In this document: positions 1 to 10,374 of the stretch, piece after piece
Position numbering within the stretch: position 1 is the stretch's first letter
Layout of the letters: each line of letters starts with the position of its first letter
Assembly: GCA_016789745.1 (NCBI GenBank)
Contig: JAEUQF010000139.1
Coordinates: 60,520-124,519, forward strand
DNA from: Bryobacterales bacterium
Lineage (GTDB): Bacteria > Acidobacteriota > Terriglobia > Bryobacterales > Bryobacteraceae
DNA: 64,000 nt
Direction: 5' to 3'
Notes under the pieces: generated by a model
What the model was told of the DNA's origin: nothing
The model's database searches: none
The model's input: only the letters and a program-made list of their open reading frames with translations
Made by a program: the position numbers and the translations under genes

Positions 1-1203
1 GACGTAGCTTTCGGCAACGTAAGTATTTCCAGCCGTATCCATCACGGCGGCTTTCGGATTGGTGACCCGTGCAAAAGGGGCGGGCCCGCCGATGCCCGTC
101 TCACTATCTGCTCCAGAAAAGGTGGAGATGGTGCCATCGGGGCTAACGACACGAATTCGGTACGAGCCCGTCTCGGCAAGATAGAGCGCACCGGCCGGTG
201 AGGTTGCGATCGATGAGACATAGCCAAGACGAGCGCCCGTCGCCGGTATGTTTTCGGTGTCTGCCGCATTGCCGCCCCCGGCAAAGGTATGTATGGTGCC
301 ATCCCGCTCCACTCTGCGAATACGCAGGTTGAAGCGGTCGGCGAAGTAGATTCGCCCGTCGCTGCCAACGCTAATGGAGCCGGGGTTGTTCAGCCGAGCT
401 TCGGTTGCAGGGCCGCCATCGCCACTGAACCCCGGTGTGCCGGGAGTACCGGCCAAGACCCGCACCATGCCATCGGTTGCCGAGACAATCCGAATGGTAT
501 TCGCAGTGGTGTCACTTACCAACAGGTTGCCGGAACCATCAACAGCGATGAACTCCGGCGACCGAATGCTGGCTTTATCCGCAGGCCCGCCATCTCCGTC
601 TGAGCGAGCCTGGCCGCTGCCGAGCACCGTTTCAATAATCCCACCCGGCGTGATTCTCCGGACGCGATGGTTTTCGGAATCGGCAACGAAGAGACTACCG
701 TCGGGACCCCATGCGAGGGTAGCTGGCGACTGCAGCTGCGCGCTGCGGGCGGGTCCGCCATCGCCGGCATATCCACGCGCAGACTGCGTTCCCGCGAAGG
801 TCGTCAACTGCCCGCCGGGGTCCAGACGGCGAATCACCGAAACCCACTGCTCAGAAAAATAGACGTTCCCGGCTGCATCCACGGCGAAGCCCCCCGAGAA
901 ACCAGCGTCCGTTCCCTGCTGCAGGCCGGGGCCGCTGGCAGCGCCATACCAGCGCTTCCAGTCACCGACGAGCCTGGTAAGTACTCCGTTCCTATCAATG
1001 CGAAGAACCCGCCAGCGGTCCGATACCAGCAACCCGCCATCCGGGTGTACCGCGATCTGGCCAAGGTAGTAAAGGTGTGCGTTCCTGGCGTTGCCGCCCT
1101 CTCCCGGCGCTACGCCACCCGCTACCAGAGAGAGCCGGCCGGGCTGGGCGAACAGCGGTGCTGCTACGGTGATCGCAAAAATGGCGCAGAGCGCTTGAGA
1201 CAT
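1..1203 (-). CDS. NHL-repeat secreted protein; N-terminal 401 aa present, 3' end runs off the window start
   Basis: Not in the ORF track because it is open at the window edge. The reverse complement from ATG 1203..1201 reads MSQALCAIFAITVAAPLFAQ (signal peptide). Repeated GDGGPA...L..P..(a/v)D..G.l(y/f)vaD..N.RIRR units follow, and the frame stays open to base 1. Confidence 0.75.
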   Translation of the reverse strand, partial: MSQALCAIFAITVAAPLFAQPGRLSLVAGGVAPGEGGNARNAHLYYLGQIAVHPDGGLLVSDRWRVLRIDRNGVLTRLVGDWKRWYGAASGPGLQQGTDAGFSGGFAVDAAGNVYFSEQWVSVIRRLDPGGQLTTFAGTQSARGYAGDGGPARSAQLQSPATLAWGPDGSLFVADSENHRVRRITPGGIIETVLGSGQARSDGDGGPADKASIRSPEFIAVDGSGNLLVSDTTANTIRIVSATDGMVRVLAGTPGTPGFSGDGGPATEARLNNPGSISVGSDGRIYFADRFNLRIRRVERDGTIHTFAGGGNAADTENIPATGARLGYVSSIATSPAGALYLAETGSYRIRVVSPDGTISTFSGADSETGIGGPAPFARVTNPKAAVMDTAGNTYVAESYV

Positions 1204-1344
1204 GGGCACTTCCAGGAATTCTGGATTATAACGCAGCGAACGCCGCATTCTTTGCGCAAGCCGGTCTCGGCCCTCCGCTATTCCAGGTGAAAGTGAGACT
1301 GCCTGCAGACGCCGGGAGTCCCGTTGAGATGGAAGGAGACAAAT

Positions 1345-2223
1345 ATGCGCAAGATCCTTTTTGTGTTTTTGACGGCCCTGAGCCTGGGATGGGCTGAAAG
1401 CCCGCAGCCGGCGGAGGCTGGCATCCGTATTGCCGTCGAGGAGGGGGCCGGCCTGGCTGAGGTTGTGCCGGAGTTGGAGATCGCTTCCCGCTTGAGCGGC
1501 GACCGCGGATGTGTGGATGGCAGAACCGCGTGCCCGGCACAGGAGCGAATCAGCGGTGCGATTGGCTCGGTACAGCCGGGCAGTCACCTGCGAGTCGGAG
1601 TGGCTGGCGAGGATATGGTGGCCCGCGTCTCTGTTGTGTTCCGCGGCCAGGAGATTCTGGTACGCGAGCAAGAGCAGCTTCCAGGTAGTTTCCTTATTCC
1701 CGCGATCACGGGAAATGGCCGCCTGCATGTGTCAGTGGAAACGAATGGTAAGGTCTTTGAAAAGTCCGTGTTGATCGGAGAGACCGCGGAGAAGGACGGC
1801 GCCCGGAGTGCAGCCTCTGGAACACCTTCCATCCGCTACTTCGTCAACGTCGCGGAAGAGGGCAACTGGGAGGTGATCACCGGCTCGGGAACGGGAGGAC
1901 GGCTAGTCTCGACGCGCACCTTCTGCATGATTCCAGGCGTTGCCGTGAATCTGTGTCCCTGGGAGTACCGCGTCTTCGGCTACACGGACCGCGCCCGCCG
2001 CGGCGAACCGCTCTGGATTCTGACGGAAGGCTCGGGCACGGCCAGCCAAATCGGCGTCACGATCAGTGGGCGGGTACGCAACCAGTGGTTCAATGTGCCG
2101 CTGCCGGTGCTTGTCCCCCAGACAGTGAGTCTGAGTCCGAGCGCCGATAATGTGTACGGGTTTGTGGTTTGGAACAACCGCTATTACGAGCGCCGATTGC
2201 CGATCGGGACGCGGCCCTTCTGA
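1345..2223 (+). CDS. secreted hypothetical protein
   Basis: ORF 1324..2223. The internal ATG at 1345 is preceded by GGAAGGAGA and starts the signal peptide MRKILFVFLTALSLGWA. No family recognised. Confidence 0.6.
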   Translation: MRKILFVFLTALSLGWAESPQPAEAGIRIAVEEGAGLAEVVPELEIASRLSGDRGCVDGRTACPAQERISGAIGSVQPGSHLRVGVAGEDMVARVSVVFRGQEILVREQEQLPGSFLIPAITGNGRLHVSVETNGKVFEKSVLIGETAEKDGARSAASGTPSIRYFVNVAEEGNWEVITGSGTGGRLVSTRTFCMIPGVAVNLCPWEYRVFGYTDRARRGEPLWILTEGSGTASQIGVTISGRVRNQWFNVPLPVLVPQTVSLSPSADNVYGFVVWNNRYYERRLPIGTRPF

Positions 2224-2234
2224 TGTGACGCGTG

Positions 2235-2257
2235 GCCGGCGAGTGAACCTCGCCGGC
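2235..2257. terminator. GC-rich hairpin between convergent genes
   Basis: gccggcgag-tgaac-ctcgccggc is a perfect 9-bp stem lying between the stops at 2223 (+) and 2290 (-). Confidence 0.5.
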
Positions 2258-2289
2258 TCACCCTCAGGCATCAACATTCCCCGGTCAGA

Positions 2290-5200
2290 TCATTCGAGTA
2301 TGATTTCCTCTGGGAGAACAGCCATGGTGACGACTTGGCTTTCAGCGCCCGCGACAGTGAGAACGACACGGGCGGCAGGATCTGCGGTGATGGAGGACGG
2401 CACGACAGCGTAAATGGAGTAGAGACCGACGAGGCCGGGTGTGAGGAGGGCTTCGGTGATCTCGGCAGGTGTGTCCTGGACGGTAAGGCTTACGGCCGCG
2501 AGGGGTTTGGCGGTCGGATCGGAGGGAGCCAGTGCGCCGGAAGTAACCTGGAGATCGACCGAGCCTAGGCCGGCCGCGAGGATACGAATACGCTCCTGGG
2601 GACGGGCGGGACGGTCGATATCGGCGCGCACGGCACCGGAGTCGGTCACGATCTGCACCGGGTACCCACGTTCCTGGTCTTCCGGATCAACGATGGTGGG
2701 TTGAGCGGTGGTGACGGCAAAGGAGACGGGAGCGGAATAGCGAGTGCCACGGCGGACGATCATTTGATAGGTGTTGTCGCGAGGCAGATCGAAAGGCAGG
2801 ATGCCGAGGATCTCGGTGGGATTGACCGCAATGAGGGGGATCGGGACGCCGGAGACGAAAGCAGCAGAATCGGCGAGCAATACCGGATAAGGGGTGTCGG
2901 GAGCGCCGGTGAGTTCACCAGCCAGTTCTTCCCCACGGATCCGGATGTGGGCGCCGGGCGAGACCGGGAGAGAGTCGCGGCTGTCAAAGCGGTTGGTGAT
3001 GCCGTTCGGAAGAATAAGGGGCTGGCCGACATTGCGTTCCGTGGAGCCACTCAGGGAGATGGTGCCTTCCAGGGTGGGCGGCGGGGTGCGGGCAGAGGCG
3101 GAAACATTGGGAATGGCGCTGCGGGCGACGAGAGTTCCGGTCCAGCGGCCAGCGCCGATGTGGACGAGATTGATCGGCGGATCTCCGGCAGCCGTAGCAG
3201 TGACCTGGCCCCGGGTCAGAGGCTGGCCACAATCATCGACGACCTGGACGTCGACGGGGATGGGCCAACCGGCGGGTACCGAGAACGACGCCCCCGGGGA
3301 TCGGAATAAAGGGAGGAGGCGCCTGGGGACACAGGTGGCACTGGTAGTGCGAGCGGCCGGCTGGCTGGCGGGTGCTCCCGGAATTACCAGCAGCAGGCTG
3401 ACTGTGCGTGTGCCGGTGAGGGGGGCAAAGGTCAGCACGATCTCGGCACGGTAGATGCCTGGGGCCAGCCCCGCGAGGTTCGGCTTCACTTCCAGGCGCT
3501 GCGCTTGGCCGGGCGGGAGTGTGCCGTTTGTGGACGAGAGCGTGAACCAGGATTGACTGGAAAAAGAAGGACGGGCGCTGAATGTGGCGTTCTGGCGGGC
3601 CACGTTGGTGATTTCTATGGTTTGAACGCTGTCACTGGTGAAGAGCAGACCGAGCGGTGTGGTGTCGGGCAGAGGCGGATCGTCAGGGGCGCGGACGCTC
3701 AGAATGACCGTCACGATTTGCGGCGTGCCGCCGCCATCGAGTGTGACGGTAATGGTGCCGAAGTAGGCACCAGCGGGGAGGCCGGCGGGGTTGGCACGGA
3801 TATCGAGGGAGGGGGGCGGTTCGCCTGTGGTGGAGCGCCCTGAAGTGGGGGTAGCGGTGAGCCAGTTCGTCTCGCCGGAGAGGCGTTCGATCGCAGCACG
3901 CCAGTTAGCCGCGGTAGATCCGGTGCTGACGACACGGATGCTCTGGGGAGGAGGGGCCACCCCGGCGGTGACTGCGGTAAACAGAAGAGTGGTTTGGGAC
4001 AGGATGACCCGCTGGGTTTCAGCGCTTACGGTCATATTCACAGGGATGAGCACGGTTTCGAGGGTGGTGGTTTCCTGCAGGATAATGCGGGCATTGTAGC
4101 TGCCCGGGGCAATGCTCTCGGGGTTCGCCGTGACTTCGAAGGTGAGTTCGGAATCGCTGTTGACGCTGCCTTCCGAGACCGAGACGGTGAGCCAGGCGGC
4201 AGTCGAGCTGACGCGGTAGGCATAGGGTTCGCGATCGGATGCCGTGATGTTGATCGAGCGCGACTGAGCGTTGGCATTCCGCGCAAACGAGAAGCTGATG
4301 AGAGACGGATTGGCGCGCAGGACCGAAGTTCCTGCGATGCGCCGGATGCGGTTGTTGATGCTGTCGGCAAGGTAGATGCTACCGGTGTCGTCCTGGCCGA
4401 CCCCGAAGACGTTCCAAAATCGGGCGTTGAGAGCAGGGCCACCATCGCCGGTGAAGCCTTGGCCCCCGGCACCTGCGATGCGGACGACGTTGCCGGATGG
4501 CGTGACCTTGCGGAGTGTGCCTCCGCCACCGTCTGTGAACAGAATATTCCCCTGACGATCGAAGGTAAGACCGTTTGCTTGTACGCCACTCACGAACGTG
4601 CTGATGATCCCGGCCGGCGAGATACGGCGGATGACACGGGCACTGGTGTCGCCAAGGTAGAGGTAGCCATCGGGGCCGAAGGCAATGTTATCGACGACGG
4701 CGATTTCCGCGCGGATAGCCGGTCCGTTGTCGCCACTCGCTCCCACAACGCCCGTACCGGCGATGGTCGTGATGATACCGTCGGGATCGACACGGCGGAT
4801 GCGTCGGTTGCCGAGGTCTGAGATGAACAGGGCGCCGGTACTGTCTACGGCGAGGCCGAGTGGCCGGGTCAGCAGTGCCTCGGTGGCCGGCCCTCCGTCC
4901 CCTGCAAAGCCGGAGCGCACGCAAATCCCTGCTTTGGTGGAGATGGTGCCGTCTTCGGTGATCTGGCGGACGCAATGGTTGTCGAGATCGCTAACGTAGA
5001 TCATCCTGCGTACGGGATCTGCGGCCAGGCGCGCGGGCGAGCGAAAGGCAGCGAGGGAGGCAGGTCCCTCGCCCTCGGGTTCGAAGCCATAGATCCCGGT
5101 GCCAGCGAAGGTGGAGACTGTGCCGCCCGGAGAGATCCGGCGGATGCGATTGCCCCAGACTTCCGTTACCAGAACGTTGCCGCTTGGATCGACCATGAGG

Positions 5201-6276
5201 CCGGAAGGGTTCAGGAGGCGGGCGAACGCTCCGGGGCCATCCTGGCCGGCGGAGAGGCTGGTGCCAGCCAAGGTGGTACCGATACCGGCGGCATCGATGC
5301 GGCGGATGCGGTGGTTGTAGACATCGCTGATGTAGAGATTGCCGGCAAGGTCAGCAGTAAGGGAGTGAATAAATTGAAACTGCAGGCCTGCCGCCGGGCC
5401 ATTGTCGCCAGCAAACCCCGGCGTTTCGCGGCCCGAGAAAAGCGAGATCACGCCATCCGCGATGCGATAGATGCGTTCACGGCGGTTGGAGACAAAATAG
5501 ATGTCTCCAGAGGGGGCGACGGACAGAGCGGCGACCGAGCCGACGGGGTTCTCGAGGGCGGCACCTTCGGCGGCCGGGCTGTTGATGCCGTTTCCGGCGA
5601 TGGTGGTTATGACGCCATCGGGAGCGACGCGGCGGATGCGGAAGTTCATGACGTCGGCGAACACGATGGCGCCAGTGTTGGGGTCCAGGGCGAGGGCGCT
5701 GGGCTGGTTGAGTGTGGCCTGGGTGGCTTGGCCTTCGTCCCCGGAGAACCCAGCCTGACCACGGCCGGCAAGGGTGCGGATGACGCCGTTGGGGCTGATG
5801 GCGCGAATGCGGTGGTTTAGGCGGTCGGTGAAAATGAGGGTGCCTGTGCTGTCGAAAGCCAGCGCCGTTGGAGCGTTTACAGTGGCAGTGCCGGCCGGGG
5901 TGTTTTCGCCCGAGAAGCCGGCGACGCCGGTGCCGGCGATGTTGAAGATCGAGCCATCGGGGTTGGCGCGTTGGATGCGTTGGCCGAAGGTGAAAACGAC
6001 ACGCCTTTCGGGGTCAATGGCAATGGCGGAAGGGAGTTCGGACACGAGTACGGTACGGATGATGCCTTCTGGACTGATGCAGCGAATGCGGGCATTACCC
6101 ACATCGTTGAAGCACGCAGAGTTATCCGGGCTGACGGCGAGCGCGCCGGGAAACACGACAGCAGCCTGGGAGGCGGGGCCTCCATCGCCAAGCCGGAAGT
6201 TACCGGCTACCGACGTGATAATGCCCGATTGTTGAGCAGAGGCGAGTTGAAAGAGCAATGCAAAGAGAGCAAGCAC
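2290..6276 (-). CDS. large NHL-repeat / Ig-like-domain surface protein with TIGR03437-like C-terminal module
   Basis: 1328-aa ORF with a GTG start preceded by AAGGAG and signal peptide MLALFALLFQLASAQ. About 14 NHL-type repeats (FSGDGGPA...P.glavD..G.l.iaD..N.RIRR) are followed by Ig-like segments. The C-terminus PGLVGLYSIYAVVPSS...VVLTVAGAESQ resembles the Solibacter-type TIGR03437 domain. Confidence 0.9.
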   Translation of the reverse strand: MLALFALLFQLASAQQSGIITSVAGNFRLGDGGPASQAAVVFPGALAVSPDNSACFNDVGNARIRCISPEGIIRTVLVSELPSAIAIDPERRVVFTFGQRIQRANPDGSIFNIAGTGVAGFSGENTPAGTATVNAPTALAFDSTGTLIFTDRLNHRIRAISPNGVIRTLAGRGQAGFSGDEGQATQATLNQPSALALDPNTGAIVFADVMNFRIRRVAPDGVITTIAGNGINSPAAEGAALENPVGSVAALSVAPSGDIYFVSNRRERIYRIADGVISLFSGRETPGFAGDNGPAAGLQFQFIHSLTADLAGNLYISDVYNHRIRRIDAAGIGTTLAGTSLSAGQDGPGAFARLLNPSGLMVDPSGNVLVTEVWGNRIRRISPGGTVSTFAGTGIYGFEPEGEGPASLAAFRSPARLAADPVRRMIYVSDLDNHCVRQITEDGTISTKAGICVRSGFAGDGGPATEALLTRPLGLAVDSTGALFISDLGNRRIRRVDPDGIITTIAGTGVVGASGDNGPAIRAEIAVVDNIAFGPDGYLYLGDTSARVIRRISPAGIISTFVSGVQANGLTFDRQGNILFTDGGGGTLRKVTPSGNVVRIAGAGGQGFTGDGGPALNARFWNVFGVGQDDTGSIYLADSINNRIRRIAGTSVLRANPSLISFSFARNANAQSRSINITASDREPYAYRVSSTAAWLTVSVSEGSVNSDSELTFEVTANPESIAPGSYNARIILQETTTLETVLIPVNMTVSAETQRVILSQTTLLFTAVTAGVAPPPQSIRVVSTGSTAANWRAAIERLSGETNWLTATPTSGRSTTGEPPPSLDIRANPAGLPAGAYFGTITVTLDGGGTPQIVTVILSVRAPDDPPLPDTTPLGLLFTSDSVQTIEITNVARQNATFSARPSFSSQSWFTLSSTNGTLPPGQAQRLEVKPNLAGLAPGIYRAEIVLTFAPLTGTRTVSLLLVIPGAPASQPAARTTSATCVPRRLLPLFRSPGASFSVPAGWPIPVDVQVVDDCGQPLTRGQVTATAAGDPPINLVHIGAGRWTGTLVARSAIPNVSASARTPPPTLEGTISLSGSTERNVGQPLILPNGITNRFDSRDSLPVSPGAHIRIRGEELAGELTGAPDTPYPVLLADSAAFVSGVPIPLIAVNPTEILGILPFDLPRDNTYQMIVRRGTRYSAPVSFAVTTAQPTIVDPEDQERGYPVQIVTDSGAVRADIDRPARPQERIRILAAGLGSVDLQVTSGALAPSDPTAKPLAAVSLTVQDTPAEITEALLTPGLVGLYSIYAVVPSSITADPAARVVLTVAGAESQVVTMAVLPEEIILE

Positions 6277-6906
6277 GTCAAGGGCTCCTTGGGCGGACCG
6301 GAAACGCTCCGCGCGCTGGGAAATGTGTTCAGAGTAGCCATCGGGAGCGCCGCGGTCAATCGTCGTTGCAACGGGAAGTTCAGGAAGGAGGACATGGGCA
6401 GAGCAACGGCCAACTAAGCCGATCAGGCTCGACAGATAGGAAGCGGGTCAAGTAGGAGCGATTGAATAACTAAGATTAGCTTGATCGCCTTGGCAGCCCC
6501 AGTATGCGACTCCTCGATGTCCGCTTGGTTGGATTTGCGCTCCGCTGGGCTTGAGGCAATGCTGAATCGGAAGAGGAGCGGTGGACTGTCGATAGGGGAG
6601 ATCCGCGGCTCCGGGGGTCGCTGTAGTACGCCACCCCGCGCTAACCGCTCGGAACGGATTTGGTTCCGAAAGGCGTGGGAGTTAACCCTCCCCTCCGCAC
6701 CACCTCCACCAAGTCCAGGTTCCACTCTCGGATGATCCGCAACGAACGGGTTTGCGGCCGGCCCACGTTACCCGGCGGTAACTGTCGTTTGAATCGAGGC
6801 CATCCTCTGAGATCCACCTCACATTGAGGACGGCACCAGTTGCAAAACAGGTTGCCAGCGCTCCCGTGCGGATAGCTCTGCATCTTGCCAGTAAAGCCTG
6901 TATGCT

Positions 6907-7131
6907 ATGTGGAATAGTGATTCACAGGCAACGGATGACTTTAACAGGCGCTGGGGCGCATTGGGAACCGAACTGGTTCAAACCTTGAATGCCAAAGGGA
7001 CCGGGAAGCACGTTGACGAAGCAGAGATCTTGCGGCAAGGGATCGCCTACCATGATGCCCGTAATTACATCATCCTGGGTGATCCGGCGGTGTGCCTGCG
7101 CGCGGCAGAGATGCCGGCCGTGGATGCTTAA
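6907..7131 (+). pseudogene. orphan C-terminal fragment of a larger protein, possibly a clan-CD-like peptidase
   Basis: 74-aa ORF ending ...GIAYHDARNYIILGDPAVCLRA. The (Y)..LGDP(a/s)(v/l) ending resembles the C-termini of gingipain/clostripain-like peptidases. An in-frame TAA lies 15 nt upstream, and I could not read a matching N-terminal part. Confidence 0.3.
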
Positions 7132-7252
7132 GGCCGTAGCTCTCTGTTAACGGTCACTAGAAAAAGTAGAAAATTGGGCATGACGCCGGCGGCGGCCTCT
7201 TTCCCTCCGCAATTGCCCTCTTGGTAGTGGATCGAGAGGGTTGTACCAAGGG

Positions 7253-7588
7253 CTACGGCGGCCACAAAACAGCGCACTGATACAAACGTTCGACCGCAGT
7301 TGTCCTCGGCCAAGTGACCGACCGGGTACCTTGATGCGTCACACTCGGTCGGCCCGTGCGTTCCCGGTACCTCTGCTGTCGCCGACAATGGGCTTGCCTT
7401 CCTGCCTCTGAAGCTTGGTAGCGTTGGCCTGCTGCGGCTACCTGGGCACGGCGAACCTGCTTCCGGCACTCTGGACTGCAATACCGCTGCCCGCGATCGC
7501 AACAGCGGCAGATCGCAAATGAGGCGTTGCATTCCTGGTTGCGGCACTGCCGGAAGCGGAGAGCATCTGTGGACTCTAGGATGGCCAT
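7253..7588 (-). CDS. Cys-rich (zinc-ribbon-like) hypothetical protein
   Basis: ATG at 7588 with GGAGG 7 nt upstream. It reads MAILESTDALRFRQCRNQECNASFAICRCCDRGQRYCSPECRKQVRRAQ...RYQ...GRQAHCRRQQRYRER. The C-x4-C...C-x2-CC...YCS-x2-C pattern is followed by an Arg-rich tail. Confidence 0.55.
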   Translation of the reverse strand: MAILESTDALRFRQCRNQECNASFAICRCCDRGQRYCSPECRKQVRRAQVAAAGQRYQASEAGRQAHCRRQQRYRERTGRPSVTHQGTRSVTWPRTTAVERLYQCAVLWPP

Positions 7589-8033
7589 CGAATCGCCTCC
7601 GATAGTACGCGATCTCCTGGATGATGGGACGGATGATTCGCGCCTGCGGCGCGGATGATATTGCCGCCCCAGCGGCACCCTGCTCAGAAAACTACGTTTT
7701 CAGATGACTGCTAACACTCCCGAAGCCGATGGACTCCAGTCCCCCTCCCGCAAACTGGCGCAACCTCACGAACTGCGCCGATTGCGGCCGCCAACTGCGG
7801 CAGGCCGCTCTTGCAAGTCTTCCACACTCAACTGGACCAACAGATCGCATCTGTCTCATTCAGGCAATCCTTGCATTTCAATAGTGACGCCGCGAACCCG
7901 GATCGTCCAAAGCCACGGGGGATACGCCAGCCGCCGGGCACTGGTGTCCTCGAAAGGAACACGATGGTCTAGTGTTCCAGTTCAGCTGGAAATGGAGAAG
8001 GCGTTCTCCCATTAAGGTACAAGGAGAGAACGC

Positions 8034-9285
8034 ATGAAGAAGCCACGGAAGCACTACGCGCCCGAAGAGAAGGTCGCCATCCTCAGGCGGCATATGCTGG
8101 AACACGAGCCGATCTCGAAGCTGTGCGATGAACTCGGCTTGCAGCCCACGGTCTTCTATCGCTGGCAGAAGGAGTTCTTCGAGAACGGCTCGCAGAAGGC
8201 GCGACCGAACCACTCAGCCGACCAGGAGCGAATCGCCTACCTGGAGAAGAAGATCCAGACGAAGGACGAGGTTCTGGCCCAACTGATGGCCGAGCATGTT
8301 GCCCTAAAAAAACGCTTGGGGAACTCTGACTGGGGTCTGGGTTCCGCACGACACGCGGGACCAGATCGTGGAGTTCGTCCGGCGCTGGTCGGAGAAGACG
8401 GAGATCGGCACCGGGCGGTTCATCGAATGGCTCGACATCACCGCCAGCAAGTTCTACGACTGGCGGGAACGCTACGGCAAGGTGAACGAGCACAACGGCT
8501 GGGTTCCCCGCGATTTTTGACTATAGGAGTGGGAGAAGCAGGCCATCGTCGGGTTCCACCTGGAGAACCCACTGGAGTGCTACCGCCGGGCTGACGTTCA
8601 TGATGCTCGATGCCGATATCGTGGCGGTCAGCCCGTCCAGCGTGCGGCGAGTGCTCGGCCAGGCCGGCCTGCTGTTGAAATGGAACGGGAAGCCGTCGAA
8701 GAAGGGCCCGGGCTTTGCGCAGCCGCTGGTCGCGCACGAGCACTGGCACATCGACGTCTCTTACCTCAACATCGGCGGGACGTTCTACTACCTGTGCAGC
8801 ATCCTGGATGGCCTCAGCCGGTACATCGTGAACTGCGGCATCCGGGAGTCGATGACCGAGGCCGACATCGAGATCATCCTACAGTGAGCCAGGGAGAAGT
8901 AACGGAGGCGCGGCCCCGGATTATCTCGGACAACGGGCCGCAGTTCATCGCCAAGGACTTCAAGGAGTTTATTCGGATCTCAGGCATGACTCACGTCCGC
9001 ACCTCGCCGTTTTACCCGCAGTCGAACGGGAAGATCGAGCGCTGGCACAAATCGCTCAAACGGGAGTGCATCCGTCCGGGGACGCCACTGTCGCTCGACG
9101 ATGCGCGGCGGCTGGTGCAGGGTTATGTCGAGCGTTATAACAACGTCCGCCTGAACAGCGCCGCCGGCTACATCACGCCGAAGGACATGCTCGCTGGACG
9201 GCAGCAGGAGATCCATGCGGAGCGCGACCGGAAGTTGGAGGCGGCGCGGAAGCAACGGCAGATTCGTCGCCAGCCAGCCGCCTGA
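8034..9285 (+). pseudogene. IS3-family transposase (orfA HTH + orfB DDE/rve), multiply disrupted
   Basis: orfA reads MKKPRKHYAPEEKVAILRRHMLEHEPISKLCDELGLQPTVFYRWQKEF. orfB pieces are WVPHDTRDQIVEFVRRW..., LTFMMLDADIVAVSPSSV...HWHIDVSYL (D), RPRIISDNGPQF (D) and NGKIERWHKSLKRE (E). Lesions seen: in-frame TGA 8518-20 and TAG 8524-26, an extra G at about 8588-90, TGA 8885-87 and TAA 8897-99, and a 1-nt shift at about 8900. Confidence 0.85.
8306..8312 (+). promoter_or_regulatory. A7 slippery run at the orfA/orfB junction of the IS3 remnant
   Basis: The sequence is cta aaa aaa cgc. The orfB frame is +1 relative to orfA here. An A8 run would give orfA ...ALKKTLGEL* with orfB in the canonical -1 frame, and an A6 run would fuse the two frames. 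Confidence 0.5.
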
Positions 9286-9362
9286 CGTTCAGCCCACGAC
9301 GGGCCTCCGCCGCAATTAGTTCCGGTTTACTCTATTTCCCGACGGGCACACCGTGGAGGTAC

Positions 9363-9840
9363 ATGCTATCCTCCCACAATCGGCAAGCGTCCATCCATTG
9401 GGTAGCCAATTTGGAGGCAGGTGGAGAGCTTTCGCCGAGTCGCAGGCTTCTCCAATGCGCACAACTCTTAACACGATGGGCCTTTTGGGTTCTCGCGGCC
9501 ACGAGCAGTTGGGGACAGCCGCCTGCGGGCACCAAACTGACAGCGATTGATGCGCTGGCAGGAAGTTATGTGAAGACCGGCAAGACGCCCGGGCTCGTTA
9601 TTGGCGTCATGCACAAGGGCAAAGTCATATTCGCCAAAGGATACGGTCTTGCCAACGTGGAACTCGATGTTCCGGTTACGCCGAGTACTGTCTTCAAGAT
9701 CAATTCCATGACGAAGCAGTTCACGGCGACCGCGATCATGCTACTCGCCGAACGTGGACTCCTGCGTACCGATGACTCGCTTGCAAGATTTTTTCCGGAT
9801 TTTCCACGAGCCAGCGAGATCACGGTCAAACAACCGCGGG
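9363..9840 (+). pseudogene. beta-lactamase-family serine hydrolase, N-terminal fragment only
   Basis: Reads ...TPGLVIGVMHKGKVIFAKGYGLANVELDVPVTPSTVFKINSMTKQFTATAIMLLAERGLL, which includes the S-x-x-K motif SMTK. After ...ASEITVKQ (about 9835) the frame no longer resembles the family, and no YxN or KTG motifs appear in any frame. It lies directly next to the IS remnant. Confidence 0.6.
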
Positions 9841-10209
9841 CCTTCTCAACTACCTCATTCAGGGCAATGTTTCGTTCAACAATGGCTCGCTCTACGGAAA
9901 TGACAAAGTGGACAAACATCCTGATCACGGTCGGTAGTGGCGAATATCCGTCTGGAAAACAATTCCATATCACACGCCGTCAACCGGCGACGGGTACGCG
10001 CGCCTCGGGTGGCAATGGAGCGGTACGGAGTACGGCATTGTGGCTCGCGACAACTACCTCATCGGCGGAGAAGCCGCAATGGAGTTCTGGAAGTGGACCG
10101 ACGCAATCTTCACTGGTAGCACCACTCCCCTTCTTCGGCGATAAACACCGCCATCGGCCTTCCACCTATCGGTTGAAACGGCTGGCGCCCCTATCCTGGG
10201 AGATAGGAG

Positions 10210-10374
10210 TTACGCCACCCGCCGCTGCTGTTGCTCGGCCTCGGCACATACCGGGCAGCACCTCTCACAGTAAAACCCGTGGATCTCCTCCGGCATGTGC
10301 AATACCTGTACGTCGCGCCCGCACACGTCACAGGTGCCGTGTACATGCTTCGATCGGTGACAACGCTGTTCCAT
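10210..10374 (-). CDS. 54-aa zinc-ribbon-like small protein (below the ORF-track size cutoff)
   Basis: Read from the reverse complement: AGGAGG, 7 nt, then ATG (10374). The product is MEQRCHRSKHVHGTCDVCGRDVQVLHMPEEIHGFYCERCCPVCAEAEQQQRRVA, followed by TAA at 10212..10210. It carries two CxxC-type pairs. Confidence 0.5.
   Translation of the reverse strand: MEQRCHRSKHVHGTCDVCGRDVQVLHMPEEIHGFYCERCCPVCAEAEQQQRRVA

Larger units (their letters stand above)
7945..9350 (+). mobile_element. decayed IS3-family insertion sequence (boundaries approximate)
   Basis: Contains the orfA/orfB transposase remnant at 8034..9285. The tentative terminal inverted repeats are TGTCCTCGAAAGGAAC at 7945 and the reverse complement of ...CCCGACGGGCACA ending at 9350. 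Only about 10 of 17 positions match, so the ends are uncertain. Confidence 0.55.

Noticed and set aside
6560-6720. Possible structured RNA or group II intron domain V (hairpin ggaac-ggatttg-gttcc with flanking pairing)
   Set aside because: The stem is only about 7 bp and imperfect. There is no GNRA loop or bulge pattern of domain V, and no intron-encoded reverse transcriptase nearby.
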